DNA of 64,000 nucleotides, taken from a virus. Numbering within the stretch: the first letter of the stretch is position 1; each line of letters opens with the position of its first letter. Shown here piece after piece: positions 38,875 through 49,444 of this stretch. Below the pieces are notes generated by a model, which was not told the DNA's origin, ran no database searches, and saw nothing but the letters and a program-made list of their open reading frames with translations. The stretch lies in IMG/VR virus record IMGVR_UViG_3300028666_000002. One strand, given 5' to 3'. Made by a program: the position numbers and the translations under genes.

Positions 38875-39111
38875 ATGATTTCTAACCGTACCCGAAAAAT
38901 ACTGGTTGTAGCGATGGCAGATGCCCCATCAGCAAATGAATTGATAAATACTATCGATGAACTTACTAATACTGTTAGTGAACTCACCACAGCATTGAAT
39001 CAACTAATCGTGGCCTATTCAGCCTTAGCTGCTCAGCTAGATACTGATTCAGGCGTAGCAGACAATACATATGGTACCGGAGCCGAAACTCCTCCAACCC
39101 TCGTTCCCTAA
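38875..39111 (+). CDS. Small coiled-coil head/fibre protein
   Basis: AATCTT at 38851; N-term resembles 10647 ORF repeats; LAAQLDTDSGV. Confidence 0.5.
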   Translation: MISNRTRKILVVAMADAPSANELINTIDELTNTVSELTTALNQLIVAYSALAAQLDTDSGVADNTYGTGAETPPTLVP

Positions 39112-39120
39112 GGAATAACT

Positions 39121-42093
39121 ATGTCATATAAATTAACTTTTCAAGGTTCTCAAGCTACACAAAAGGTCGTCGGTCTAGTAGAAAGCAATTTCACCAGTGG
39201 CGATGTTAGCTCGACTGCTTCTGCATCTGCTGGTTCTACTACTGGCTTTACCTTAAATGCTCCGATGGCTCCTGCAAATCCTAATGTGGCATTCAGTTAT
39301 ACTGGCCAAGTATTGATGGGTCCAAACAATTCCTCGGCAAGCGGTACGACAGGGTATACTGTAACTTTTACTAGCGGCGCGAACAATGGCCTTAGTTATA
39401 GTGCCACCTATTACAATCCAACTGGAGGAGTAAATGTTTCAAGCAGTTATTTCTATTTGGCTTCTGCTCCTGCTTCAGCACCTGCGATTAACGATACCTA
39501 TACTGTAACTGGTCCTGGTATTAGTGGATCTGCAACTGGTACTGTTGGTGAAGATTCAAATGGGAATTGGTACTATCCATTCTTGTTAGCCTCTACACCC
39601 GTAGGATGGGTAGCGCAAACTACCAATACTGCAGTTATATCTAGCGGCTCTTCTTATGGTGCTTCAGCCAATTTCTCCTATTATAATTTTTCTAGTGTAA
39701 ATATTGCATTACTTCAAGTTCCAAGGGGAATTACACCGAATCCATTTGGGAATACTGGTACTTTGATTACTCTCCCTGCTTTTGACCAAGCTGGTTACCA
39801 AAACTATCAATGGTATATGCCTCCTTCGATGCCAACTGCCGCAGGCATGTACGGGTCATGGGATGGAGTAAATAATTTTGGTGGATGGTTAGCATTTGTA
39901 AATAGTTTTTCTACCGGGACGGACTCTACCGGTGTTACTGGAGTAAATTGGCCGCAGTGGTATGGTCTCAACAATGATGCGGTTACCAATCCTATAATTG
40001 CTCTCCAACAAACTTTTAATGGAATTACCTTTAACTTTTTAGTTACTCAGGCGCCAGATACTACCAATGGTCCATTTGCAATGTTTGGGGTAGAAGTTCT
40101 TCCATCTGGCACTGTTGCCGGTGACTTAGCAATCATACAAACATATTTGAATCTTTGCGCTCAAAATTATAATTTATTCAATGGTGCTATAGTAGTATCA
40201 GATCCTGGTGGTTCAACACCTGATGCAGATGTCGCTACTTATCTTGCCAGCGGACCAACTGCTCAGCCTTTTCCTGCTAGTTTCTTGGCTGCTCAACCTG
40301 AAGTTTCGATAGCGTCAGTTACATCAACACCTATTTTGGGTGGTGGATTAAATATTATTTTCACATTAGCGAGTGTCCCTGCTGGTTTTACCGATGGAAC
40401 ACAGACGTGCATGATTGTAGATGGTAGCAATGCGGGTACAACACTAACTGGGCAATTCGAAACTGCTAACTTAACGTTTACATATCAAACCCAATTACAT
40501 TTCAACGGTTTTTTGGATGCAACTCTATTGATTGCCTATCCTACTTGGTTTACTACCACTATTTCTGGAAATTCATTGGTAATTACCTTGAATCCAGCAT
40601 TCCCAAATGTGATGGGAACTGTTGCTGGCTCTATATATCCATATTTACTCATGGGAACTGCTCCAAATCTAACTCAATCTGGAACTGACAATGCTAATTA
40701 TACAGTTTATGGAGTTGAAAATTCATTAAATGATGTAAAATCTGGAGCTTCTTCTCCAGGCGCATCAGCGTATGGATTTTTAACTGGTATTTTGTTTGAT
40801 TCTACAGGGAATTTACAAACACAGCCCGTTATAACTTCTGGTCATGTTGCTTCGGTTAACACAAATGATCGAAATGATATTTCCATTGATAATGGAACTA
40901 AAAATGCAATGCAGGCTGCTGGTTTCTATTCAGGACTTGATAATATTACACTTACGTGGCTGCCGAATAGTATTACCGCTTCTGCTAATGCTACAGTTAA
41001 AAAAGCTCAAGGAAATACGTTGCAACTTAGTTCGGCAAATATGGCTGCACTAAGTGCCGTTGGAATCACTCCAGTATCTCAAGTTAGTGTATTGGTTACA
41101 AGTGGACACTACACGGGAAAAACTTATAATGGAACACTAACTGGAGGAGTAAATCTCTCCATATTTGGACCATCTTTAGCGACAGGAACAACGCTAACAA
41201 TTAGCGCTCCTCAATCTGATAAAACTTTGAATACAGGTACTTGGTCTGGTGGTAGATGGAATGGTAATTCAACCATCTCATTTGATAACTGTTATCTTCC
41301 GCATGGAACAAAAGTCTCCGTATTAAGCCAAAACTTTAACTTGAGTCAAATTGTTGGTGGTAATAAAGGAACATATCAAGTTACTCTATATGATTCTACC
41401 ATGAGCAAACAATCAGCTATTAGTGTAAGTGGTAAATTGGATTTGGATAATGATAGAGATGATCTTTTTAATCCTCCACCGCTTGTACAGGTTAGAGTCG
41501 ATAGTACCTATGGATATGACAGCCAAACAGGTAAACAATTGTATCCAGCATTACTATCCAATCAACAGGATTACAATGCATCTTTGACCTTGAGTTCTGG
41601 GTCAACACTATCTGGCTCGATAATAACTCTCACTGCAGCAGACAATGCGGCTATGTGGACTGCTGGATTTCAACCATATTCGAATGTTAAAACTTCTCGC
41701 AATGCAATTAATTGTGGTGACCATCATGGACATCACGGCTTAACAAGTATTTGGGATGGTAATGGAACCATTACACTTGATAGCACTCCCCCTGGTGGAT
41801 TTACCGGACCATTTACAATGAATCAGAATGTAAGGCCAGATCCACACAGAATAATGCTTGCACTTAATCCAGCACAATATGCTACTGGAATGCTAAAGAT
41901 CGTTTATTCTGGTACTATTAATAAAACAGTTAATAGTCAAATGATCACTAGTCCGACAGTTGCTGACGCTTTTAATTGGCCTGCAGCTGATGAAACGCTA
42001 GAAAGTGCTGCTACAACTTCTGCTTTTGAAGTTGGACTGAACGGTCACGGAAATATCACAATTACGATTCCTTTTACGATTACGTCTGTTTAA
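39121..42093 (+). CDS. Large Thr/Gly/Ser-rich virion protein (putative adhesin/decoration)
   Basis: 990 aa beta-rich composition; no recognised catalytic motif. Confidence 0.55.
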   Translation: MSYKLTFQGSQATQKVVGLVESNFTSGDVSSTASASAGSTTGFTLNAPMAPANPNVAFSYTGQVLMGPNNSSASGTTGYTVTFTSGANNGLSYSATYYNPTGGVNVSSSYFYLASAPASAPAINDTYTVTGPGISGSATGTVGEDSNGNWYYPFLLASTPVGWVAQTTNTAVISSGSSYGASANFSYYNFSSVNIALLQVPRGITPNPFGNTGTLITLPAFDQAGYQNYQWYMPPSMPTAAGMYGSWDGVNNFGGWLAFVNSFSTGTDSTGVTGVNWPQWYGLNNDAVTNPIIALQQTFNGITFNFLVTQAPDTTNGPFAMFGVEVLPSGTVAGDLAIIQTYLNLCAQNYNLFNGAIVVSDPGGSTPDADVATYLASGPTAQPFPASFLAAQPEVSIASVTSTPILGGGLNIIFTLASVPAGFTDGTQTCMIVDGSNAGTTLTGQFETANLTFTYQTQLHFNGFLDATLLIAYPTWFTTTISGNSLVITLNPAFPNVMGTVAGSIYPYLLMGTAPNLTQSGTDNANYTVYGVENSLNDVKSGASSPGASAYGFLTGILFDSTGNLQTQPVITSGHVASVNTNDRNDISIDNGTKNAMQAAGFYSGLDNITLTWLPNSITASANATVKKAQGNTLQLSSANMAALSAVGITPVSQVSVLVTSGHYTGKTYNGTLTGGVNLSIFGPSLATGTTLTISAPQSDKTLNTGTWSGGRWNGNSTISFDNCYLPHGTKVSVLSQNFNLSQIVGGNKGTYQVTLYDSTMSKQSAISVSGKLDLDNDRDDLFNPPPLVQVRVDSTYGYDSQTGKQLYPALLSNQQDYNASLTLSSGSTLSGSIITLTAADNAAMWTAGFQPYSNVKTSRNAINCGDHHGHHGLTSIWDGNGTITLDSTPPGGFTGPFTMNQNVRPDPHRIMLALNPAQYATGMLKIVYSGTINKTVNSQMITSPTVADAFNWPAADETLESAATTSAFEVGLNGHGNITITIPFTITSV

Positions 42094-42103
42094 GGAGAAT
42101 AAA

Positions 42104-42391
42104 ATGGATATTAAACCTAAACCAAAAGTTCTTAGTTTTAATCCCAACGATTTTTCTAGGGATGCACAATTTGTTTTTTGTGAACATCAACGTGCTCTTA
42201 AAATTGTTACCGCAAAACTGGCCGCACTTCAGGCTTCTATTAATGCCCTAACTTCTAATGGGGTAACCGCCAATAGGCCAACTGGGTTAACTACTGCTAA
42301 TGCTGGATATCCATATTTTGATACCACGCTTGGTAAACCTGTTTGGTGGAATGGAACAGCTTGGGTGGATTCTACCGGAACTCCTGCTTAA
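42104..42391 (+). CDS. Short fibre-like protein
   Basis: GVTANRPT...GYPYFDTTLGKPVWWNGTAWVD is a common phage fibre C-terminal motif. Confidence 0.7.
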   Translation: MDIKPKPKVLSFNPNDFSRDAQFVFCEHQRALKIVTAKLAALQASINALTSNGVTANRPTGLTTANAGYPYFDTTLGKPVWWNGTAWVDSTGTPA

Positions 42392-42407
42392 ACGTGATAT
42401 ATCCTAT

Positions 42408-42761
42408 TTATGGATATTTTACTTTCAACGCTTCAACAGTTTCTTTGGGTAATTGCCTGTACTCCCATGGTACTCCCGCAGCTTCTGCTCTTTCTACCCC
42501 TTGTTTCATTCCATTGGAAATGCCGAAATCATCGTAAATAACTACAAGATCTGCTACGTATGTCCAAACCCAACCTGCAGCCATTCCAAGTTGGCGCTGT
42601 TCTTTATCGTTATCATCCAGCAATCCAGGTTGTGTCCACAAAAGATGAGATGCTATTGGAGCCTCATGTCTCTTAAGGCAATCCAACAAGCAAGCCTTGG
42701 CATAAGCTATATTACGGGGAATGTTTCCCGCGAAAGGCGATTCTAAGATGACTCTTTTCAT
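42408..42761 (-). CDS. Nucleoside 2-deoxyribosyltransferase-like fold protein
   Basis: VILESPFAG, APIASHLL, D.GIS.GM..G. Confidence 0.6.
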   Translation of the reverse strand: MKRVILESPFAGNIPRNIAYAKACLLDCLKRHEAPIASHLLWTQPGLLDDNDKEQRQLGMAAGWVWTYVADLVVIYDDFGISNGMKQGVERAEAAGVPWEYRQLPKETVEALKVKYP

Positions 42762-42764
42762 AAT

Positions 42765-43067
42765 TTACTTATATAGAAAATAAGTTAAGAACCAAACAAA
42801 AGTTAACCCACCATATGCTCTGGCCAACAAGGCACCTAAATTTGTTGTATCTTGCTTGTACATGTGTCCACCGATATGCAATGCATTAAAAATGCAAACC
42901 AAGGCATATGATTGCCACATAGAAGTTATGGGAGTTAGGTGCAGGATAGGACTAACGAAATTCCACACTTTCAATATAACAAACATTTGATAGAAAAATA
43001 ATCCAACGAATGCGACTATTGCGCCAATTCCAGAAAAAACCGCTTCTGTAGTAGTTTTTTTATCCAT
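42765..43067 (-). CDS. Membrane protein
   Basis: Three hydrophobic segments. Confidence 0.55.
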   Translation of the reverse strand: MDKKTTTEAVFSGIGAIVAFVGLFFYQMFVILKVWNFVSPILHLTPITSMWQSYALVCIFNALHIGGHMYKQDTTNLGALLARAYGGLTFVWFLTYFLYK

Positions 43068-43076
43068 TATAAACTC

Positions 43077-43478
43077 CTAGTTATGAATCAGCTTTGCCGC
43101 CACATATCCAGCCGCAAGCATGGTAAGGGCACCAAGACCGAAGTCTAGCCATTCGTTCTTCTTTTCCAGACTATCCATTTTCTGAACTCGATCTTCTAAT
43201 TTGCTGCTGGTGCCCATCCAAAGATCTGCTCGCTTATCGGAAGCTTGAATCGCTAGATCTTTCATCGAGATTGCACTTGTGAGATCAGTTATCTGTTGGG
43301 CCTTCACCTGATTGTCTTGTACTAAAGCGCCAACACATAAATGTAGCTGTTCAGAATATGTATACGTGCCATCTTCATTCTTTTTAATAGTAGTCCAATC
43401 GCAATCCCCGAATGATGTGGTACTGACAAAAGAAAGTACGGTTAACACATACAAAAACTTACTTCTTGTTCCAATCAT
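43077..43478 (-). CDS. Secreted/membrane coiled-coil protein (spanin-like)
   Basis: Signal-like N-term, coiled coil, C-terminal hydrophobic segment; overlaps upstream TM gene. Confidence 0.4.
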   Translation of the reverse strand: MIGTRSKFLYVLTVLSFVSTTSFGDCDWTTIKKNEDGTYTYSEQLHLCVGALVQDNQVKAQQITDLTSAISMKDLAIQASDKRADLWMGTSSKLEDRVQKMDSLEKKNEWLDFGLGALTMLAAGYVAAKLIHN

Positions 43479-43761
43479 CTGTAATTCCTCCTTCAGTACT
43501 AGGAAGCTTCTGAGCATCACTTACGAGCTTATCGGCTGCGGTATTGGCAGCATTTTCTTGCTTGGAAAGGACAGCATCTTGTTTGACCGCGCTATTTTCA
43601 ATGCTCTTAGAATCAGCCACAATTAGGCTCATCAAAAGATCATGAAACTTGATAATCAAGATAACAACGCCGAACAGAATGACAAAAATCTTACTGCTAG
43701 CCCAAAGTTCGCTAATATCAGTATTCAGTTTGGCCCACAATGCCTTTAGTTTAGCTTCCAC
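43459..43761 (-). CDS. Putative inner-membrane spanin
   Basis: Single TM followed by Ala/Lys-rich coiled coil, next to holin-like gene. Confidence 0.4.
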   Translation of the reverse strand: MEAKLKALWAKLNTDISELWASSKIFVILFGVVILIIKFHDLLMSLIVADSKSIENSAVKQDAVLSKQENAANTAADKLVSDAQKLPSTEGGITDDWNKK

Positions 43762-44017
43762 TTGGTCCTCCTTGTGTAGGGGTAGGTGGAGTATTAGAAT
43801 TGCTTTTAAAGTACTGCCTAACCGTTAAGGATGCATGCTCGAAACCGTTGGCTGCAAAAAAGCTAATCATGGTTCCCTTCATCAAATCGACGAAGTTGCT
43901 GCCACTAATATAGCCTTTGAGGGTAAAAACAATAGCCACCAAAAATAACAGTAACATCATGATAAACTTACGAAATCCGAATGCTACTTCTACGACATCT
44001 GATTCTTCTTGATTCAT
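43751..44017 (-). CDS. Putative holin
   Basis: RKFI followed by two TM segments, FFAANGFEH. Confidence 0.5.
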   Translation of the reverse strand: MNQEESDVVEVAFGFRKFIMMLLLFLVAIVFTLKGYISGSNFVDLMKGTMISFFAANGFEHASLTVRQYFKSNSNTPPTPTQGGPSGS

Positions 44018-44075
44018 ATCAATCTCCTTCTAAGCCTATCCTATCACAAACAATCTTTAAAGGATAGAGGTTTCT

Positions 44076-44447
44076 ATGGGTATTGCTATTACAACACTAT
44101 CGGCCATTGCTGGGGCACTTACTGTGTTTCTTACATTATATATGAAAATACGTAAAATTACTAAGGAACATGAGAAAAATAAGAAGGAAATGCTAGCCGG
44201 TGTGCTCCAGGACGCTAAGGAGATGGATGATACCTTGAAAGCCAAGCTAGAGTCCAGAATAGAAGCCATGAAGGCCGAACTGAAGAATTTAGAGCTAAAT
44301 GTTAATAAAGATATAGTATTCCTTAAAGAATCTTATAAATCTGATATAAAAGTGCTCGGTGATAAGATTGAGGACTTGCGAAAACAGTTAGATTCTCAAC
44401 ATTCTCAACTACTTACAGTACTTACTAACCTGATTAATAAGGATTAG
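44076..44447 (+). CDS. TM + coiled-coil protein (holin/antiholin-like)
   Basis: N-terminal TM, long coiled coil, AATCTT at 44052. Confidence 0.45.
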   Translation: MGIAITTLSAIAGALTVFLTLYMKIRKITKEHEKNKKEMLAGVLQDAKEMDDTLKAKLESRIEAMKAELKNLELNVNKDIVFLKESYKSDIKVLGDKIEDLRKQLDSQHSQLLTVLTNLINKD

Positions 44448-44451
44448 AAAA

Positions 44452-44832
44452 TTAATCAAATTTATTAGATTTTTTGGAATTATTAGACTCTGTTTTAGCA
44501 TTCACAATACCAGGATTGGCCTTAACATATTCAGCTTGAGCGGCTTTTGCTTCGGGAGTTTTAGCATATTCAATATGATAAGCTTTTTGTTTTGAAGTTT
44601 TATTATATTCAGCACTATATTTTGCATGATAAACTTTTCCTTTAGGAGAATTTCTACGCTCAGCATTGTAGGCTATTCGTTCGGGAGTTTTTTCATATTT
44701 AACACCATACTTAGCCTGAGAGGCTTTGTATTCAGGTGTTTTTCGATATTCAACCCTGTAAGCCTTATGGCACTCAGGACATTGTTTTAATTTCTTAGAG
44801 TATTCGTGCAATTTTTTCTTGCAGTATTTCAA
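44452..44832 (-). pseudogene. Truncated HNH homing endonuclease remnant
   Basis: CKKKLH..CPEC and Y.KTPE helical repeats ending at PGIVNAKT with no HNH domain. Confidence 0.5.
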
Positions 44833-44840
44833 ATAATCCT

Positions 44841-45119
44841 CTAGGGCAATAAATATGTGCCTACAGCAACCTCAAGTGTTTCCAAATCCAACAAAGAAAT
44901 GTGCAACTCTAGATTGGTTTGGTCGATCATCAAAACGTTGACCTTTCTTAATTCAATACCGTCAACGGTTAGAGCAGTATCGTAGCTAGCAACAACTACC
45001 TGTACTCCACCTGGAGCTATCGTAATTCTAGTTTTGGTTATTTCTTCAGACTCTTTTCCATCTTCTTCTTCGTGGCCATAATTAACTAACGTCAAAACTC
45101 TAATATTCACATTTTCCAT
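44841..45119 (-). CDS. Hypothetical protein
   Basis: ORF with GAGGG RBS. Confidence 0.5.
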   Translation of the reverse strand: MENVNIRVLTLVNYGHEEEDGKESEEITKTRITIAPGGVQVVVASYDTALTVDGIELRKVNVLMIDQTNLELHISLLDLETLEVAVGTYLLP

Positions 45120-45127
45120 ATTACCCT

Positions 45128-45364
45128 CTATAGGGAATATATCGTACCCGCTACTAATAAAAACGAAATAATTACAACAGCTAGAAATATGAGGCTATCT
45201 TTTCTCTGCCTTCGTACACATTTTAGACAGCCACAGTTAAATCCATAGCAAATGCCCTTTTCAATACGTTCTCCAAATCTATCAAATTTTTGTTGCAACT
45301 CTTCACGATTCTTAGCAAAATCTACTTTTATCAATTCGCCCATGTTTACCTCTTTAAGCGCCAC
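45128..45364 (-). CDS. Small Cys-containing membrane protein
   Basis: C..C.C..C plus C-terminal TM. Confidence 0.45.
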   Translation of the reverse strand: MALKEVNMGELIKVDFAKNREELQQKFDRFGERIEKGICYGFNCGCLKCVRRQRKDSLIFLAVVIISFLLVAGTIYSL

Positions 45365-45705
45365 TCCGCCAATGTACCAGTAAAACTATAGCCAGAATTA
45401 CCGTATACATCTTCTGCTTGCCATTCTATAGCTGATTTTCTGTTTGTGATAGTGAAAATTTCCAATTTAATCTTAGAACAATTCCACTCAACCCTAAATG
45501 GGCATGTACTGCCAGCATCAACAAAACACTCTTGAATGGTACGCCATGAATTAGGTAAAACATTACTCCAAGGAATAATATCGATACCTTGAAAAACTCC
45601 AGTTGTATCTTGTTTAGGTTTCTTTTCACACTCTCGACAATGCCACACATCGTGAATCAAAAGTTTAATGAGAACCATAGGTTGTTTACAATTTGGGCAA
45701 TTCAT
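45346..45705 (-). CDS. Zn-ribbon protein, paralog of 59229-59597
   Basis: MNCxxC..W.CxxCE..WRT...CFVDAGS..PF. Confidence 0.6.
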   Translation of the reverse strand: MNCPNCKQPMVLIKLLIHDVWHCRECEKKPKQDTTGVFQGIDIIPWSNVLPNSWRTIQECFVDAGSTCPFRVEWNCSKIKLEIFTITNRKSAIEWQAEDVYGNSGYSFTGTLAEWRLKR

Positions 45706-45843
45706 TCTCTTTTATCTCCACATAAGCTAACAAAATAAAGACAGCCAATACGCCAGTGACTATAGAATAGGGATTCTCACTGACAGCCAGTATTAAAGTA
45801 CCAGTGACAAGAAAAAGAAAGCAACCACTAAATAGTAGCTTCA

Positions 45844-46113
45844 TTAACTGACCCGCCTATAGGTGACGCTTCTATTCTCACTATAAAGGAAACCTCCATA
45901 TCTACCGAAACACCCAACATTATGGCCATGATTGCACATCTCCGTTATAGACAACTCGATTTCATTGATGCTGAATTTATAGAGAAGTACAGCATAAGCA
46001 ACTACTTGGGCGAATGTGCCGGAAAGTTCCCTATCATCTCGTTCATCATCAGCTAGGATTTCGAGCGTGAAATAATCAGTTTCTAGTTGGATCAAATTAA
46101 AGCCGGATAACAT
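45844..46113 (-). CDS. Hypothetical protein
   Basis: GGAGG RBS; FGRYGGFLYS. Confidence 0.5.
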   Translation of the reverse strand: MLSGFNLIQLETDYFTLEILADDERDDRELSGTFAQVVAYAVLLYKFSINEIELSITEMCNHGHNVGCFGRYGGFLYSENRSVTYRRVS

Positions 46114-46306
46114 AAATCGTTACCTCCTGATATTGAATATAGCATGTTTTGTGAGAAATAAAAAATATTTTACGATTTCTTCAAAATGCTTTCTGCGCTG
46201 TGATATATGAGAGACGTAAGTCGGCGGTCGTTCGTTCTTTTATATAATATATATTGTTTTAGAATCCCTTCCCCTATGGTTTTGGAGAATATGATATACT
46301 TTGGTT

Positions 46307-46792
46307 ATGAAGAAAAAAGAATTTAGCGCTTACTTGAAGCGAAAAGACATTACAATAGAAGGTTCTACGGCTACCTGGGAGTTGGCAGCACAAGGCGACA
46401 TTATGGGTCTTTACACAGGCCAGTTTAAGTTTCGTTGTTATCTAACCCCAACCCAGAAGCTAGCCGCAGGAAGACTATATCGCACCCTTTTGGGCGACCA
46501 TCCCACTACAGCACTTACGCACGAAGATAATATGTCTTTTACATTAGCTCAATTAAAATATAGAGTTATCTCTGGTCCACCCTTTTGGGAAAGCGCTATC
46601 GGATTAGACGGCATAGTCGGCGACATTCCAGATGAAAAGATCTTAGACATCATTTTTGAAGCCGCTGTTGCGTCGGAACTTAAATATCTTGCCACTCTTC
46701 AACAAAAGAAAACTGAACTTATTGAAAAAGCTAAGAAATCTGCCGAAAAACTTTTAAAAGATGAAGATGAAGAAGAACCAGAAGGTGAATAA
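46307..46792 (+). CDS. Tail assembly chaperone
   Basis: YTGQFKFR..L...LAQL...I..PPFW....D pattern of myophage TACs. Confidence 0.6.
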   Translation: MKKKEFSAYLKRKDITIEGSTATWELAAQGDIMGLYTGQFKFRCYLTPTQKLAAGRLYRTLLGDHPTTALTHEDNMSFTLAQLKYRVISGPPFWESAIGLDGIVGDIPDEKILDIIFEAAVASELKYLATLQQKKTELIEKAKKSAEKLLKDEDEEEPEGE

Positions 46793-47218
46793 ATGGTATT
46801 CACCGAACTCGTGAAATATTGCCAAGTTAAAGCTATTGCTGACACCCTCTATCCTACTTATGATTCTTTCTATAGGTCTGTTTGCCGCTCCTACAGTCGC
46901 AACTTTCATGTCCCCCTACCCCAAGTAGAACAACTCGATCCCGAACATGTCCTGACCGCTTATTTCGAAAATGAGATGGAAGGCATTGACCTAGAAGAGC
47001 ATCTCCCCGATTTACTTGAGAAGCTTTACACTATCGAAGACCCCGATTATATAAAGAAGCAAGATGAGGACTTAGAAGATGTGGCTGCCATGGTAGAGAG
47101 GCGAGAACAAGAACGACTCACCAAAAAAACACTTTCCAAAAAGGATAAGCCTGATGAAGAAAAACGCACTGGGGGCAGACTCAGCTTTAGTGATTTAGAT
47201 GAAAAGCTGGAAAAGTAA
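46793..47218 (+). CDS. Second tail assembly chaperone (T-like)
   Basis: YSRNFHVPL pattern; directly follows TAC. Confidence 0.5.
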   Translation: MVFTELVKYCQVKAIADTLYPTYDSFYRSVCRSYSRNFHVPLPQVEQLDPEHVLTAYFENEMEGIDLEEHLPDLLEKLYTIEDPDYIKKQDEDLEDVAAMVERREQERLTKKTLSKKDKPDEEKRTGGRLSFSDLDEKLEK

Positions 47219-47232
47219 TTAGTATTTTATTT

Positions 47233-48485
47233 TTATATAAATAGATCGAAAAACCATCCAGCCACCAACAACGGCCATAGAAAGGCCATCATTAGCCTAG
47301 CCAATAGGCTTACAACTGGTGGACTACTCATCACGCTGCTTCTAGCCTCTTTGTTTATGTGAAGGTCCATCTCTCCAACAATAAGGCCTATAACAAGATA
47401 AGTAGTGAATGTCATGAGCTTGACCATTCTTCAACAGAAATAGTAGTTTTAAACAAAGTTATACATTCGCAGTTCGGACATGACTGTGTGTGAACCCTTA
47501 TTCCTTTTTTGACTTTAATCTTTCCATGAAAATCACAGTTAGAACAATGTACCATTACTTCATAAAAGCTTTGTGCCATTTTTTCTATTTCTTCTTTTAC
47601 CTTATCCATATTTATTCCTCAAAAAGAAAGGTTTTGCCCTTTTCATCAATGAAATCTACAATAAGAATACCCCTGAGAAATTCCTTATTGGTTTTCTGTG
47701 CATTTTCTAAATCTATAAAGTTCTTCCACTCTTCTCTGCTTATACGTTCTCCTCCAGAATAATATTCTGCTCCTGGAATCTTTCTAATATCTATCCATCG
47801 TGTTTCCTCAAGCTCCGCTGCGCGTTTGGTAAATATATCCATTTTGATGTAAGCACCAGCATCAGGAATAGGATCGCCTTCCCATGTCTTATAGCCACAA
47901 CTTTCCACATAAGAAAGTGTTCGCTTCAACTCATTGTTTATCTCATGGCAAATCATTGGGCTTACTTTGCCCCTATTGTACTTCTTTAAGACTGACACGA
48001 CACATCTGTAAAAGTACTTTGCGCCACTTTCATCTTTCTTCTTTTGAGGAAAGAGCGGGGGTGGCATAGTAATATTAACAAACGGTATCATGGCTTAGCC
48101 TTGTTAATAGCATCAGAAATCTTCTTTTGAGCATCTTGGGTATCTCTAAGATTTCCAATAATAGCTTCCTTGTGTTCGCCTTCTTTTTTATCAATAGCAC
48201 GACTGTCTAAGCGTTCAACTCTTTCATCAAGAGCAATGTGAATTTGGTCTGCCTCTTTTTCATTTAATTCAACAAATACCTTTTTCATTTTACTCTCCTT
48301 TTGTCTAAAGATTGAATACCAAATTTAAATTTTTCTATTATCTCCAAACCCGTTGGTGTCCTAAGTTTTATTTCCTCTATAACTTCCGAATGAGTAAGTT
48401 CTCTTTTTTGGTCAAAAGAGTAAATTCCAGAAGGCTTGGACAGGATAGTTCTTAGATAGTAATCTCTGAATCCTTTATTTGTCAT
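47233..48485 (-). CDS. Cluster of five small hypothetical genes (47233-47427 TM, 47412-47609 Zn-ribbon, 47612-48091, 48088-48288, 48285-48485)
   Basis: Tightly packed or overlapping minus-strand ORFs. Confidence 0.5.
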
Positions 48486-49326
48486 CGCCAGTATCCTTCC
48501 ATGCTATCGGAATTCTACTTCTGAGGAACTCTCTGTCTTGGGTAAAAATGGGTGTCTCCGGCAGCCCGTTAGCCCCGGTATAAGAAACCCAGGTTGCTCT
48601 GGTTACGGTAGCATCAATAGTAGCGCCTGGCCACGACACCGCAATCTGGTGAAGTTGTTTCACAATAGCTCTGCCACGCTTCTCACCGCTAGTATAGTCA
48701 TTCCAGTTAACACCTCTTTGGTGTAGTAGCTCCTGCAATTGACTGTTGTTCTTGTTGTTACACACTGCATGAGGATAGAGAGCCCTAGCTGCCATCTGTA
48801 CACTATTCCTCGAAGCGTCTTGTTGTCTCCAAATAAAATAATTGAAAACCTCCACATGGTCTGGAATCGTGAAGACACGAGAGTCAAACAATGCAGTTTT
48901 CACTTCTCCGTTTTTGGTTAGGAACTTTTCTAAATCAGACCCATGGTTCAAAGGATTCTCTCTGTGTTTCTGCACTGCTGTGTTGAATGCTGCGGTAGCC
49001 ATAGATGCAGAGACGGAGGCGATCTTTTGGATATTACCGTCAAACCAGGCATCGGTTGTAGGACTAGAAAAGTCCGTCAAGAGTATGGAGATCTCGTCTG
49101 ATTGGGTATATGCCAATACGGCGCCCTGGATGCCCTTACATAGGGCGATTGTGGTTTGATCCATGATATTGGATAGGTCTTTATCAAAAGGACGATCAAA
49201 ACCACGAGTAAGCGTGTGGAATGCCTTACCATCGATTCGAATGATGGTGTAAGTACGACGCGGAAGCTTCACGAGTGTTCTTTGTTCGTAATTTTCTTTC
49301 ATCCGTTTACCTAGTTCGTCGTTCAT
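48475..49326 (-). CDS. tRNA(His) guanylyltransferase Thg1-like protein
   Basis: IIRIDGKAFH, YTQSDEISIL, FDG..QKI.S, FDSRVF, YFIWRQQDASRNS. Confidence 0.92.
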   Translation of the reverse strand: MNDELGKRMKENYEQRTLVKLPRRTYTIIRIDGKAFHTLTRGFDRPFDKDLSNIMDQTTIALCKGIQGAVLAYTQSDEISILLTDFSSPTTDAWFDGNIQKIASVSASMATAAFNTAVQKHRENPLNHGSDLEKFLTKNGEVKTALFDSRVFTIPDHVEVFNYFIWRQQDASRNSVQMAARALYPHAVCNNKNNSQLQELLHQRGVNWNDYTSGEKRGRAIVKQLHQIAVSWPGATIDATVTRATWVSYTGANGLPETPIFTQDREFLRSRIPIAWKDTGDDK

Positions 49327-49444
49327 AATTTATCCTATAAAGTCAATTTTTCTGTAATGAGATAACTATGCTACCAAATACTGCACCGTACCTATTAAAG
49401 AACTGCGACTTTTCCATCTCGTATTACTTTTTGCATATCGCCTC

